Shown here piece by piece: positions 23,819 through 37,253 of a stretch of DNA of 64,000 nucleotides. Below the pieces are notes generated by a model. The model was not told the DNA's origin, ran no database searches, and was given only the letters and a program-made list of their open reading frames with translations. The DNA lies in the NCBI GenBank assembly GCA_026936335.1, contig JAPMXV010000029.1, positions 434,001 to 498,000 of the forward strand. Reading direction: 5' to 3'. The stretch is from Mantamonas sphyraenae STR306 (taxonomy: Eukaryota > Protista > CRuMs). Position 1 is the first letter of the stretch. Every line of letters starts with the position of its first letter. The translations under genes and the position numbers were made by a program.

Positions 23819-26800
23819 ATGTCCAGTGGAGGCGGCGGGTTTGCAAACCGCGTCATCTTCATCATCGACACATCGGGGTCCATGAACAGGGTGACGTGTG
23901 ACGGCATGTCGTTGCTCGACTGTGCCAAGAGTGCAGTGGAGCAGTACGTGCACACGCGCCTGTACATGCCCAACAACGGCTGGGACCGCTTTCTGCTCAT
24001 GACCACAGCGGAAAAGGACCAGAGTTTCCTCAAGACGCCGTGGATGCACATCTCCAACCACCAGGAGTTTATGGACGAGGTCAAGAACCTGGAGGCCAAT
24101 GATCTCACCAATGTCCAGCTGGCAGTCAACCGCGCCTTTGAGTGTCTCCAGCTGGAAGAGGTCCAAACGGGCTCCGGCCGCCCCAGCTCCTACACTGTGG
24201 GTCGGTGGATGAACTGCATGCACGTAAGACCCACCCGCGTGGTCCTCCTTACCGACGACGGCGACCTCCGCTCCCTGTCCAACTCCAGCAGCAGTGCGGC
24301 TGGCGGAAGTGGCGGCGCAGGCGGAGGCTCATCCGCCACAGGCGCTTCAGGCTCGGCTTCGGGAAGCACGTTGGTTGTGGAACGCCTCGTGGCACCCAAA
24401 CCCCTTGGGCTACCCCTGGCCTTGCGTTCGGACTTTTTCAATTGGGACACCCGCTTCTTCAGCGTGACGCTGCGCATGTCGGGACGACGAACAAACGCCG
24501 GTCAGGCTGCGAGCAACAGTGTGTCCAACCTGCCTCAGGACCCACGCACACAGGCGTTGTGCGAGTCCACGGGTGCCTCCAGTGTGATTGCCTCGGGCAT
24601 GAAGCAGTTGCAGACGCTGATGAGTGACCTTCTTGCACGTGCCACCCCACGCGTGGTGGTCCACGTCAGCCCAGTGCCATCCAATCACTTCCTGCGTGCT
24701 GCACGCTCTTTCGGCCATTCCAACGACGTGCGTGCCCTGTGCACCACCGATGCACGCAACCAGGGCGTGTCCGTCAGCACCCAAAGCAGACCCACAGGCT
24801 TCAGCACATGGCCCATCCCAAACCCCTTTTACAGCCCCGACGTCCGTGCTTTCCACGCCTCCGCCGCTTTTGCTGGTGCCGGTGGCGGTCCTGGCCAAAG
24901 CATGCCCCAACAGCCAGGTGTGCCCACGCTTCACTACCTGGCCCTCAATTGCGACCTCCTGCCAATGCTCTCCCGCTACCACCTTCTCTCAGAGACCACC
25001 AATGCGCTGGAAATACCCGGCGTCACCCACGTCCTCACCCAACAGGAACCAAACACATGCTGGCCCGTGTTTGTACAAATGGCCAAATGGTCCACTTCCT
25101 CCTCTGCCTCCCAAGCCTCGTCGTCATCGTCGTCGTCATCATCGTCGTCGTCGTCGTCCTCCTCCTCCTCCTCCTCATCCAAGGGCTCTACAGAGGCCTC
25201 GGACCTTGTCCCGATGGCTGTGCTGCGTGTGATGGACGAGCATGGACAAAAGACGGCGCATCTGACGCTGCTCCCCTTCGACTTTGTGTTCCTCATCGAC
25301 CTGCTGGACCAGGCTCGTGCCCAACTCAGCCACCAAGGCCGTCTCAACTCGTCCTGGCTGGAGAAGTTTGCCAAGTACCAGGAGCGTCTGCCGTTGTATT
25401 ATTTCCATCCCACTTCCATTCTGCTGCAGTCCTTCCTTGGCGATGCTGCAGCCGAGATTTGCAAGCGTATGCACGCTTCGGTGCCCTCCAACTACATGGA
25501 GTTGCCAGAGGCTCTGATTGCAGAAGCAAACACGATTTTGTCCACGGCCAAATGGGCCAAGTTGCGAGACCACCATCATCACCATCACAGTGGCAAGCAT
25601 GGAAGCAATGGCCACAAAGCAAACAACGGCTCATCGTCATCTTTAGCTTCGTCCAGCACTCCTTTGGCTGGTGGACGTAGCGTAGCCAACCTCTTTGAGA
25701 GCACCACACAGTTCCGGCGCAAGCAGAGCGACGACGAAATCATGATGGCACACAACGCACACGCGCATGCAGCTGGGCATCAGAGTGTCATGGATAAGGA
25801 TAGCAGCGCGTGGGAGTCGCGTTCCACTGCGCTACATACGTCGGTGCTGAGCGGGCAGAGCGAAATCGAATCCGTGCGCACCCTGAGGCGCAAAGATCTC
25901 CTGAACAAGCTGGAGCAGCTTCGCTGCGAGGTATTTGACACCGAAGGAGCCACTTCACGGAGCCAGAGCGCTGTGGAGGAAGAGGAGCGTAAGCACAAGC
26001 TGCCCATTTCTCGGATGGGTGATTACCAGCCCGCCCTTGCACGCCGAACCGAACGAGCCCTTCGCTCCCTCGACCAGGATTCAAAGACCAGCACGCAATT
26101 GTTTGGCAATCCGTACCGCAGCGCAAAGTCACCCAAGTTGCGCAAGGACATGATGCAAACCGACGAGATGGACAATCTGCCCCCGCCCACTGTCGAACTT
26201 GATGCCATCGACATCGATGACGAGTTCCAGCCCGCGCCTCGACTCGACAAAGACAGCACACACGAAAGTGGACTCGTCCAGCCGCCGCGAACGTCTTCCA
26301 CTGGCCTCAAGCGCAAGCTCGACGATCTTCGGGAGGTCGGCGTTCCTTACGATGACAACGACAACGGCGTTGTGGATCCGCGTTTGCATCCCTCTTTGAA
26401 CCCAGTGGTTTCTGACGAGTTGACCAACAACGATCTGTTTCCAGGTGCCACCACTCCTGTGGCTACCTCGCCTGCCGCGTCGAGTTCCGCTTCGCCGCTG
26501 TTCCCCGGAGCCCTCTCGTCGCCGTCGACCCAGAAGGAATCTCATGGGCAGTCACAATCTACGGCAGGAAGCCTTGGAACGGACACACCCCCCAAGCAAG
26601 GGACGCAGAAGCTTCAGAGGCGCCGCAGTTCAAGCCCGCCGCTCACACCTCCTGTTCTCGACAACACGAACGGAAGTGACCCTCGCGAAGTCAGCCCACC
26701 CAAAAAGAAGCAACGGGTGGTTGCAGGGAACGCAACTGCGCATCCACATGAATCGCAGTCGGCTCTGTCATCGTCGTCCTCCCAAGTCAACAACCCGTCG

Positions 26801-26836
26801 ATGACCGCCAATTCTACGTCTCACAGCAACAGCAAT

Positions 26837-26877
<41 letters not shown>

Positions 26878-27219
26878 CACTACAAGGAGCAGCAGCACGT
26901 TACCTCCTCAGCCTCTGCTTCTGCGTCCTCGTCGACAAACGCCACAACGCCACCCAAGCCGACGCGGGCGACGGCTCACTCTCCTGGGGCTTCGCCTGCC
27001 TCCCCACAGTTCAGTGAACCTGTGCGAAAACTCAAGACAGAGCTGGGACGCGAAGTGAAAAAGGCAAGCAAGAACTACGACGCCATGCTGCAGAAGCTGG
27101 CCCCGGCAAACTTCCCTGGATCCAAGGAAGAGCGCGCCATCCTCATTAGCGATCTCATTCGCATGGCCTCCCGATTCAAAAAGGCATCTCTCATCACCAA
27201 ACTTGCAGAGATTCAATGA
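23819..27219 (+). CDS. INTS6: Integrator complex subunit 6 (VWA); frame break in the S/Q repeat at ~26836-26900
   Basis: VIFIIDTSGSMN..LLDCAKSAVE, FMDEVKNLEANDLT, HKLPISRMGDYQ, FGNPY; C-terminal LGREVKKASKNY..ASRFKK domain lies in a shifted frame (27022-27219). Confidence 0.88.
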
Positions 27220-27234
27220 ATTCAACGTGTGTTT

Positions 27235-30200
27235 TCATCCTTCGGCTTCCAGCTCCTCCTCCTCTTCGCCTTCTTCCTCCTCCACAGGCTTGGTCTGCTC
27301 CACCAGCGCCTGCACCAGACTATCGTTGCTCTTGATATTCTTCTCCACCTGTCCCAACCAGGTGCTGATCTTCTTCAGCTGGCCCATGACTGCGTTCAGG
27401 TCGCCCGTGTAGTCCGTCTTTTCCTTGGGCTTCTTGTTGGCCGCCGCACGCATGGCTTCCAGGCTCTTGCTGCGATTCACGGGGTAGAAGCTGTTGTCCT
27501 TCTTTTCGTACATCTGCAGCATCCAGTGCTCGTTGCCGTCCATCTCCTCGCCAGCGGCTGCCTTTTCGCGCACATAGCACAGAAAGTGCACATAGTGGAA
27601 CATCGAGTGCTCCTCCGTGATGTGCTTCTGGAAACCCGCTCCCTCGCGATCAAACACAGCGGCAGGCTGGTCGCACACAAAGCACTTGCTCGTCATGTCC
27701 CGCTTCTTCCAGTCGCGCTGTGTACGCAGCTCGGCAAACGTGTCCACGATGATACCAAACAGGATGTTGAGCAGAATGACGACCACAATGAAGAAGAACG
27801 AAAGCGAAAACACAAGCTCCCAGATGGGCCCACCCTCTGTCACGCCGCTGTTGGTCAGGCGCTCACGCAAAAAGTCACCGCCCGACGACAGCTGGCCCAG
27901 AATAGCTGCACCGCACGTTACAATCGACGTACACAGCACCTGGCTGTTCTCCTCCTCAATAGACTTGACAAACGCCTCCTTGAAGTACAGGAAGGCAAAG
28001 ATGGCGTAAAAGTAGATCACCACCAGACCCAACAGTGCCGTCAGCACCAGCTGGTCACCGTTCTTGGTCACACTGCGCAACACAGTCAGCAGAATGCTGC
28101 TCTTCATCACGAGTAGCAGGATGTGGAAGGCAAAGAAGTACTGATGCACAAACACACCCAGCACAGCCACAGCCACGCCCATCGTACGCAGCAACACCTC
28201 GCCGCTCCAGAACATGCGGAACTTGAGCACCTGCTTCTCAAACTCAGTCAGCTGCTCCTCGTAGTGCGGAATCTGCTTCTCCATCGTGCGAATGTGTGCA
28301 CGGTACCGCGAGTTGCGTGACAGCTCAAACTTGAGCAGGAACAATGCAATGTACAGCACACACAACACCACAAACAACACAACACCCATAATCTGGATGC
28401 TCTGCAGCAGCTCCGCGGCCACCTCTGGGAACGAACCTGACGCTACAATGCACAGGTTGATCAGCACAATCAGGAGCATCGAGAGACGTTCGAGCGAGGT
28501 CGTCACGCGATCGTTCGTCACAAACTTCTTCAGGTCCGACTTTGCCACCTGCGTGCGGTACACAAACGAGTGGTACAGGTCCTCCGCCTTGACTTGGAAG
28601 TCTTCGATCTTGTCCGTCACCGTGTTGCGCTTCACATTCCACAACACGTTGTGCTTGTCTTCGCTCGTGATGTGCTTGCGCGACAGCTCGGGTTTCTCAA
28701 ACATGATCTGCTCCAGGTGGTCGTTGCGCAACACCTCCACCGTACCCAGCGACGCCTCAAAGTGCTCCTCCATCTCCCGGTCGTCCACGGTGCGAATGCG
28801 CGTCGACAGCTGCCGGTCCTGTTCCAGCGTGCGCATCAGCACAAACAGACGCATGGCTTCGCTGAACATCTTTTGCGACAGCGACTTGAGTTTGACCTTG
28901 CCCATCACCTCGTGGTAGGACACAAGCTGCGTGTGCAGTGACTCCACCACGGGCTTCTTGTTCATCAGGCCGCGGTTCTTCTCCTTGTTTGCACCTTCCA
29001 GCAGCGCCAACAGGATATCCACAGCACTCTGAACCAGCGTGCGCTGCATGCGTGCGTCCACAGCGTTCACCTCGGCGCTCCAGTCCTGCGTGGCCCCCTC
29101 CCACACAAATTCGCGGTCCAGGATGTTGCTCAGTGTGTCCAGGGTAAGCGAGCCAATCACTTGCTCCTGGTTGCCAGCACATGGCCCTGTCACCACCGAA
29201 CGCAGCGTCTGAAGTGCCAGCAGGATCTCGGCAAACATTGCCTCCTTTTCAGCGTGGGTCGTTGTGCGTGCAAACAAAAAGTCCAGCTTCTCTGTGCTTG
29301 CAAGCGTGTCCACAAGCGTGCACAAACGCGCCACCAAGTTGTACTTGGATCCCGGCTTGTCGCCACGCATCAGCTCCTTGGCCTCCAGGTTCATGTTGGC
29401 GCACAGCAGCTTCACCGTCAACAGGACCTCGCTCGACAGCGACATGCGCAGCTCGTCCGCACGAGCCTTGTCTGCAAGGTCGCTTTCGTCCAGCTTCTTT
29501 TGCACGACACTCTCCAAGCTGCCCACGGCTCCGCTGTCCTCTTGGCCCTGCGACTCCATTTCCATCTGCAGACGCGCGGCAAGTGCTCGGTCCAGCTCGC
29601 CCACAAACGACCACTCGCCCGTCGATCCCTTCTGCTGGGCCTCCAGCTGCACTGCAACTTCCTTCAACACGGTCGCCTGCACGTCCTTGGCACCTCCCTT
29701 CAGCAGCAGGTTCAACGTGCGGAACGTCTCGACACGCAGTTGCGCATCGTTGGTCGACAACAGCGACAGCAGCCTGCTCGTGCCTCCCAGCCGGTTCACG
29801 CGACGCTGCTGCCTCGCCAACATCTCTGCTTGGCTCTCTGAGCTTCCACCCATGCCTACCTTGGCCGCCAGAGAGCGCACAGACGCAAGTTTCTGCGCCG
29901 CCGCTTCGGCCAGGTCTTCGGCCTCGTCCAGGATGTCGTACGCCAGCTCTTCCTTGCCCGAGCGCTGTTCAATCACAGTCTGCATCGATTGCAGCACAAA
30001 GAACAAAAAGTCGCGGTCCTTGTGCGGCTTCAGCGGGTACGGCGGCACCTCGGTGGCCTGTCGGATCAGCTTGCTCAACGCAGCGTCCTTCAGGTTGGCA
30101 AAGTCGGTCAGAATGGCGCTCTCCGTCGTCATGGGATCCTTGAAGAAGTCTTCAAAGCCCAGCTTGAACTCTTCAAACTTGCGCTGCTGCCATTTGCCCT

Positions 30201-33200
30201 CCTCCAACAAGTTGCCCTCCGAAGCTGGCGGAGGTGTCGAGTCTCCTCCGTTCAGGGTCTGCATGGCGATGGCTTCGCCCCCACTGCCACCAAGCAATGG
30301 AGCTGCGTCGTCCGCCTCTTCGTCTTCCTCGGCTTCGGGCACGTCCACAACCTCCACGTCTCCTCCGACGCCGCTTCCACTGTCGGTGCCTTCGGCTGCT
30401 CCTTGTTTCTTGCCGAAGCCACGGAAGCGCGACGCCAAAGATCGCAGCTTGTTCTTTGTGTTTGCGCCCAAGCTCTCCACCTCTTCACGCTCCTTCTTGG
30501 CTGCGCGCTGGTCCCACACAAAGCCCTGGTCGCGCAAGAACTTATCGACCGCCTTGACCGCCACAGAGGCCAGCGAATCCACGCGTGCACTCTTTTCAAG
30601 CCACAGACACGCTCGCAGCGCCTCTACACATCGGAGCATGGCCCCAATGTTGCTGTGTTCCACGTACGAGCTGGTCGAGCCGGGCGAGCGTTCCTCGATG
30701 CTCACCACGCTGCTCATCAGCGTCGACATGTTCATCAGCATGTTGCGCAGGTGCAGGGTCATCTGCTGCACCTTGCGGTCCACGTGGCTGTTGCCTGCCA
30801 GGTTCCCGCGTCGCCCTGCACTTCCCTGGGCCATGCCGCTTGCACCTCCACTCACAGTAGCACTGCGTGCGCGTGTACTGTGTCCTCGCATGCTCGCTTC
30901 TTCTCCCTGTTGCGCAGACGTGCGGTTGCTCGCGGCGTCCGCTCGCAGGCGGATGGACGGCGGAGGTACACCCTGCACGTACTCGTGCTTCAGCAGCGCC
31001 ATCACAAGCGGAATCACGGCCTGTTGCAACATTTGCATGTTCTCCTTGACCGCGTGCTCGCTCAGCACCAGATCCAGCGCGTCGCGCGTCACCTCTTCGA
31101 TGCCTCCCGAGCCTCCCTGGACCTTGGCGTGGTGCTCGATGGTCGTCTTGAGCGACTTGATGTACGTCGTGCTCAGGTACTCGTACACCTGACCCAGGCG
31201 CACAAAGCTGCTTTGCGGCTGCTTCACGTAGTCGGTCTCCACAAAGCACCGCGACAGCAGGCGGAAGTAGGCGCTGCGCACAAAGCACGGCAGCTCCTCA
31301 TCCATGACCACAAACTTGATTTCGTCCAGGCCAATCCACTTGGTCACAAGCAGGTACGACTGCGGGTTGCCGCCATACGAGATCTCGGCCAGAAAGTCTG
31401 CAAACGAGGCGCACTTGAGCAGGGACGGATGAGGCTCGGCCACATTCTGCACCAGCTGTTCCTTTTCGTGGCCGCCCAGTTCCGACAGGCGGATGGGAAG
31501 AATCGTACGCGGATCCTCCAGGGATTCCAAGTTGTACAACAGGAGATCTTGCTGCTCGGCCCGGTTGTTGCGAATCATAAGGGTGAGCAAGTCGTACACC
31601 TGCGAGGAATCCACCCCTCGGCGCACCAGCGACATAAACGCCTCCGTGTGGCGAGGCTCCAGGCCACGCACAAACTTGCGGTTGCTCATCAACTCGCCCA
31701 GGACTTTGTCGGCGCCGATCTGAACCGGCAAATGGCTGACCATCAGCGAGACCATGGGAAGCATCTGCATCTGGTTTTCCTTGTTGTCATGCACATAGTG
31801 GTAGATGGCCTTGTAGGCAGAGCGGAAGAGCTCGATGCGCTCGATGGCAAACTGCGCAAGCAGGTTGGTCATGATGTTGTAGAAGCGCAACTGGCGCATC
31901 ATCTGCCTGGAAATGTCCATGATGTGCAGGTCTTCGTCCGTCATCACCATTTCCACCTGCGGCTGCCCATCCTCGGGAGGGGGCAGTTCAAACAGGGTCA
32001 CGAGTTCGCCAATCAGGCGCTGCAGCTCCTCTGTCTGCGATTCGAGTCCCTCGTGCAGAATGTGGTTCATCTGCAGGACCACCATGGAGATATCGCGGTA
32101 CAATTCGATCATGCGCTCGCCAGGAAGGAAGCGGATCTGCTTCAACAGGGCCAGGGTACGTTCCCACTTGCGGTGGCGCTTGAAGATGGAGCGCAGCGAG
32201 TGGTAGTGGACGTTAAAGTCGTCTGAGGTGGCCAGCAAGTTGACGAGCAATGCGTCTTCCTCGCTTTCCTCCAAATCGCTCTTGATGTATCGCTTGAGCA
32301 TGATGGACGTCACCTCACCCTCGGCCAGCTTCTTGTTGGCCAGCACTTGGGTAAACACGCCCCACAGGTCGCTCAGGCGCGAATCCATGATGCGCATGTC
32401 GAGCATGTCCAGAACGCGGAACGTCACCATATGTACAGACGACATCACCTTGTCCAGGCGCCCCATGGCGTGAGGAGGGGAAGGGGGCAGGCGCAGGATG
32501 ACGTGCATGTTTTGCAGAAAGGTGCGCACTTCGTGATGCTGCAGGTCCTCAAAGAATTGGTTCACCTGCAACATCGAAAGCAAGCCCTTGAGCATGGAAA
32601 GCAACAGGTGGTACTGTCCGTCGGGAGCAGGCTTCAGCACCTTCTTGCGCCTGGGCCCCGTCGCCACCACGTCTTTGCCTCCCGTCTTGTTCGTCGCTGA
32701 GCTGCCGCCCTTGGGCGTCGCTTGGTCCTTGCCCTTGCCCTTGGAGGACGCCATACTCGCATCCGTGATTGCCGGGTCGTCGTCTTCGGCGCTGGTCTTG
32801 CTGGTCGGCGGCACGGACTGCAGGATGCGTTCTGCAATGCCCTCCACCTTTTCGCGCATGAGGCGGAACAGATGGTACATGTCAATGGACTCGAAGCCAT
32901 CGGGGACGTGCATGCCATCGCTCTCGTCAAAAAGCAGCTGTTCCTGGACATAGGGCACAGAGAAGCGCATGGTGGGGATCTCGTACGGCTGGTTCTGGGC
33001 CGTAAAGATGTACACCTGAGTGATAACCTGCATGATCTGGTTCTTCAGATCAATGGGGATGTCTTTCTGCTTGAGCAGGTAGATGAGCTGGAAAAGCTGG
33101 AAGTTCTCTTTGACCAGGATTTGATGGCGCACGTTGCGTCCTGCGCACAGGTCGGCCAGGAGCTGAAGCATGAGCCGGTGCATGTCGGTGATGGCCACGT

Positions 33201-36200
33201 CCTCCTCTTCAGTGGACTTGACCAGCTTGCGGATGTCTCGGTTGCCCTCCGGAGTGGCGAGCACGATGTTCATCTCCATGTCGGACTCGTATGCGCCGAC
33301 AAGGTGCTTGTGCGCCCCAAACAGCAGGTTACCAATCTTGTTTTGATTCTCCACCACGGGTTCGCCGTGCCAGTGGGTCAGAGCGTCGACGAGGTCGATG
33401 ATGGCAAATCGGTTGGCCTCGTTCTCCAGCTGGCACAGCTCGAGGAAGAAGTCCAGCAGCTCTGCGCTGACGTCTGAAAACAGCCGCTGGTTGGCCAAGA
33501 GGATGGCCTTGACGGCGGCGATGCAGTTGCTGGGCGTGCGACTGGCGTACTTTTTGAACAGCTCCATGAAGGGGAAGAGCCAAAAGGCCACTGCTGGGTT
33601 TGAGACGCTGCATGCTTCGATGATGATGAAGCAGTAGGTGACGACAGTGTGGTTGATCTCAATGTGCAGGTTCTGGTCCTGCATGCGTGTGAGCAGGTTG
33701 ACCACCACATCCAGGCCACCAAGCTGGGCAAAAAGCCTCTGGAACCACTCGCCCGTGGTGTTGACATAGACGGGCTTGCGGTTGAGGACCCAAGCGGCGT
33801 TGGTGTGGTCGGCAGTGAGAGCGGCGGTTTGTGCGTTGGGAAAGACGAGCTCCTGGATCTTGGCCAGATAGAACTGCACCGCATTGAGATCCATGGTGGT
33901 GTTTGTGCGCAAAGTGTCGCCCCCCTTGCTGTTGAGCTGCTCGTTGAGACCACGCAGGTAGAAGGAGCAGGCGTAGAGGGGCGCGAGCCACTTGCTGTCG
34001 ACACGGCGCAAATACCAGATGTCCTCCACAGCGCGGTAGGGCTGCAGGGTGACCTCGCGGTAGGGCGGGGTGCGATCGATCTGCTGCACGTACGAGTCGC
34101 CAGCGGTGGTGGAGGTGACTGCCTCTGCGTTGCTGGAGGAGGAGGAGGAGGATGAGGGGGAGCCGCCATCCTCTGCAAAACCAGCGCCAGCCGAGGAGCT
34201 GCCAGGGCCTGCGTTGTTCTCTTGGGCACTGGAGCGCTGAATGCCCGGCAAATCGATGCCCTCGTTGAGGTGTACAATGTATCCGGAGGCCTTGTGCTGG
34301 ATGACGACAATTTGGTCGAGCTGGACAGGGTCCTGCTTGGTGAGCGTGCGGTCGGTGGGCACAAATCGCCAATGGCAGGCCATGTGGTCGGGCTTGTCCG
34401 AGAGGAAGAGACGGACCGGGGGCGGCGGGGCGTCCTCGTCGTCTTCGTCGTCAGCATCTGCCTCTGCTTCGCCTTCGCGTACGTCCTGTCCACCCGCAGC
34501 AGCACGTTGGCTGCCTCCTGATCCCTGGCCCGAGCCCGGGTGCATGGAGTTTGTGCGCTTGGACATGGTGGTGCCACCGCGCGGCATGAAGGAGACGCTG
34601 CGCAGGCTGTCACTTGTTCCTTCGCCACCCACGCCGTCGCCAAAGTCGTCTTCCATGTCGCCTTGCTCCTCTGCGCCATCCATGTTTGCGTTTTCTTCCT
34701 CTCCGTCTTCGTCGCCTTCACGGCGCTTGCGTCGGCGTCGCTTGCGCTTTCGCTTCTTGCTCGACGAGAACATGCCCAGGACGCCCTTCTTGGCCAGGTT
34801 CTGTGTGACCAGTTGCCTGGTGGCCTCACCTGCAGCGCCGGCAAAGTTTGCAATGTCTGCAATGGCGTCTGCTGCGCCCTTGCCGATTTGGTCGAACTGC
34901 TCTGCGAACGCCTTTCCAACTTCCTCGCCGACCTTGGCCAGCTGATTGGAGTCGTCGTCCAGTTCGTCGAGATCGTAGTCGTCGTATTCGTCGTCGTTTT
35001 CCGAGGTTTGCACTGAGGGGGGGGGGGAGACAATGGGGTGCAGGTGAATCAGGTGTTAGCACGGAGTGAACGCGGGGTGTCCAAGTGCGTGCGTGTGCGT
35101 GTATGTGTGCTATCGTGGAGTGGGCATCATCACTTACGGTAGCGTCGCACAATGGCGACATCGTCTGGGTGGACGGCGAGGTAGAGACCGGTGAGAAGAT
35201 GCTTGATGCGCACGACCTCGTTCCAGTACACCTGGCCGCCGCCACCACGGAACTTTTCGACCTGCCAGTACTCTGTAGAACGGTTGTGCTTGTAGCGCAG
35301 GAGGTCGACAGCAGGGATGGTGCGGAAGAACGGGGCAGAGGGAAGCGCTCGCAGGTAATCGGTGGTGTCGAGGACCGAAAGAGAGGCGCCTGCGTGCTGA
35401 ATGATCTGGTCGACCAAGGACTGGTCGACGTCTTCCAACTCCATGGCTTCCATCATCTCTTGCATGTCTTCGCCAGAAAAGGCAGCGGTGCTCTTTTGCA
35501 CGAGTTTGCTGAGCCCTTTGCGGAAGCCGAACCGGCTCTTGGACGGGTCGAGGAGAGCACCGAGGCGCAAGGGGCTCATGCTGCCCTGTTGCACTTCCTT
35601 CTCCTTGTCCTTGTCTGCGTCAGCCTGGCCTTCTGCGTCCGTACTTGCTTCGGCGTCGGAGGAAGAGGAACCGTCTGTGCCTGTGCTAGGACTGCCAGCG
35701 GCCTCCGAGGTGCTGGGAGACAGGGTCGAGTCTTCTTCAGACAGAAAGGCTTGCATCTGTTGCTCTTCAGCCTCGCGCAACTTGCGCTCTTCTTCCTGAC
35801 GGCGGCGCTCGTCGGCGTTTGGATCAATGAGTGCCAACTGGGGCATGTCCTTGTCACTGCGCTGGTCTGGCTTGAGATCCAGCGAGAGAAGGCCGTCGTA
35901 CTCGCGGTGAGCTATGCTGATGATGTCGCTGACCTGCAGCACGGAATCCTTTGTGAAGAGGCCCGAGCGCTTGATCGCCCACAAGCACTTGTCTCGAGTG
36001 CTGGACACGACGAAGCGGTTGCCTGTGGTAATAAAGGGAAAGTCCAAACCCAGGTGGGCACCGACCATTTGTTGAGCGCGCACGCTGAGAAGCACAACGC
36101 TGTCCTCGACGTGGATATGCTCGCCTGTGCTCACACAAAGTACACGCAGCCGCGTTAGCAAACTGAGAATGGGACGCAGAGCATGCACAGAGCCATGTAG

Positions 36201-37187
36201 GGACAAGGACGTGGTGCACCTATATGTGTGTGTGTGGGGAGGAAGAGGGCGAGGCAGGCACAGGATGTGGTGTGGAGGGTGGGTTGGCAAAGCGGCAGGG
36301 AAGCCGGTGTTCACGGAAACACAAGGGGCAAGGAGGGTCGGCCTACCTTCTTTGCGAGCCTTGCTGCCGGGCATGATTTTGAAGTAGCAGTTGGTGTCAC
36401 CCGGATGGAGACCCAGAGAGGCGTTGGAGGAGGCGTTGCGGTCCATGGAAATGAACTTGTCGCCGATGATTTCACGGAGCTGAATCACCTGGCCGTACAC
36501 CACTTTCTCTCCCGCCAGTTTGGCAATGTACTCCTGGTTGTCGCGGTTCTCACGGGCAACTTCCTCGTACAGAGGGTCGTTCCACTTGATGTAGCGGCTG
36601 CCTTGCTCTTGCTGTGGTGGGCGGTGGTGGGGGTGTGAGCAAAGGTGGGCGGTGTCTGCATGGCGTGTCGTGCGGGGATGGGCAGGGAGCTCTGCAAGGG
36701 AAAAAACGCACCTCGAGACGCATCTGCTTGTCGTGCTTGAGACGCGGCAGCAATTTGAACATGTTTGAGGAACCTGGCAGAGACAAGTGGGTGTTGTGTG
36801 AGCATGGCGGGGCGGTGGAGCGTGCAGCGGGGCGTGTTTTGCGATCAAGGCGAGTGCGAGGGCTACACTGCGGCTGGAGGGGCGGGCAAACGGGATGGGC
36901 AGGGCCGAGGCAAGACGCAGCGCATGGGAAAGCTGGCCAAGAGAGGCAGCAATGGCGTGGGTGGGAATCGGGGAGGCAGGTGGACGCTGCAAGTGGCGAT
37001 GGAGGGGCAACTCGGAGGTGGGAACCAAGAACTCACTGGGCTCGTCAAGCTGGTCGGTCTGAAGACACACGCTGTCGGCCATGACGAGCAGCATGCCGTC
37101 CCCTAGGGCGTCGGTGGGATTGGCCGACGTCAGGGACATGTAGATGACATCCCCAAAGTGCAGGTGTGGTGTTTCCTGCTGGGACAT
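27235..37187 (-). CDS. Inositol 1,4,5-trisphosphate receptor / RyR-like Ca2+-release channel (~3000 aa, several 5' introns)
   Basis: N-terminal LHFGDVI, VVYGQVIQL, RIKHLLTGLYLA (beta-trefoil/MIR); VTGPCAGNQ (RIH-associated); C-terminal FFFIVVVILLNILFGIIVDTFAELR..CFVC..F.KHITEEHSMFHY. Confidence 0.92.
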
Positions 37188-37253
37188 GGTCTGCGGGATG
37201 CGCGGTTTGCCGTGGGGACGCGAGTGCGAGTGCGCGACCAAGAGTGAGGCGAC

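Noticed and set aside
29989-32226. Long ORFs antisense to or overlapping real genes (e.g. 29264-31192+, 29989-32226+, 38199-39626+, 61902-63248+)
   Set aside because: These are shadow ORFs expected from high GC3 codon bias, with no recognisable domains
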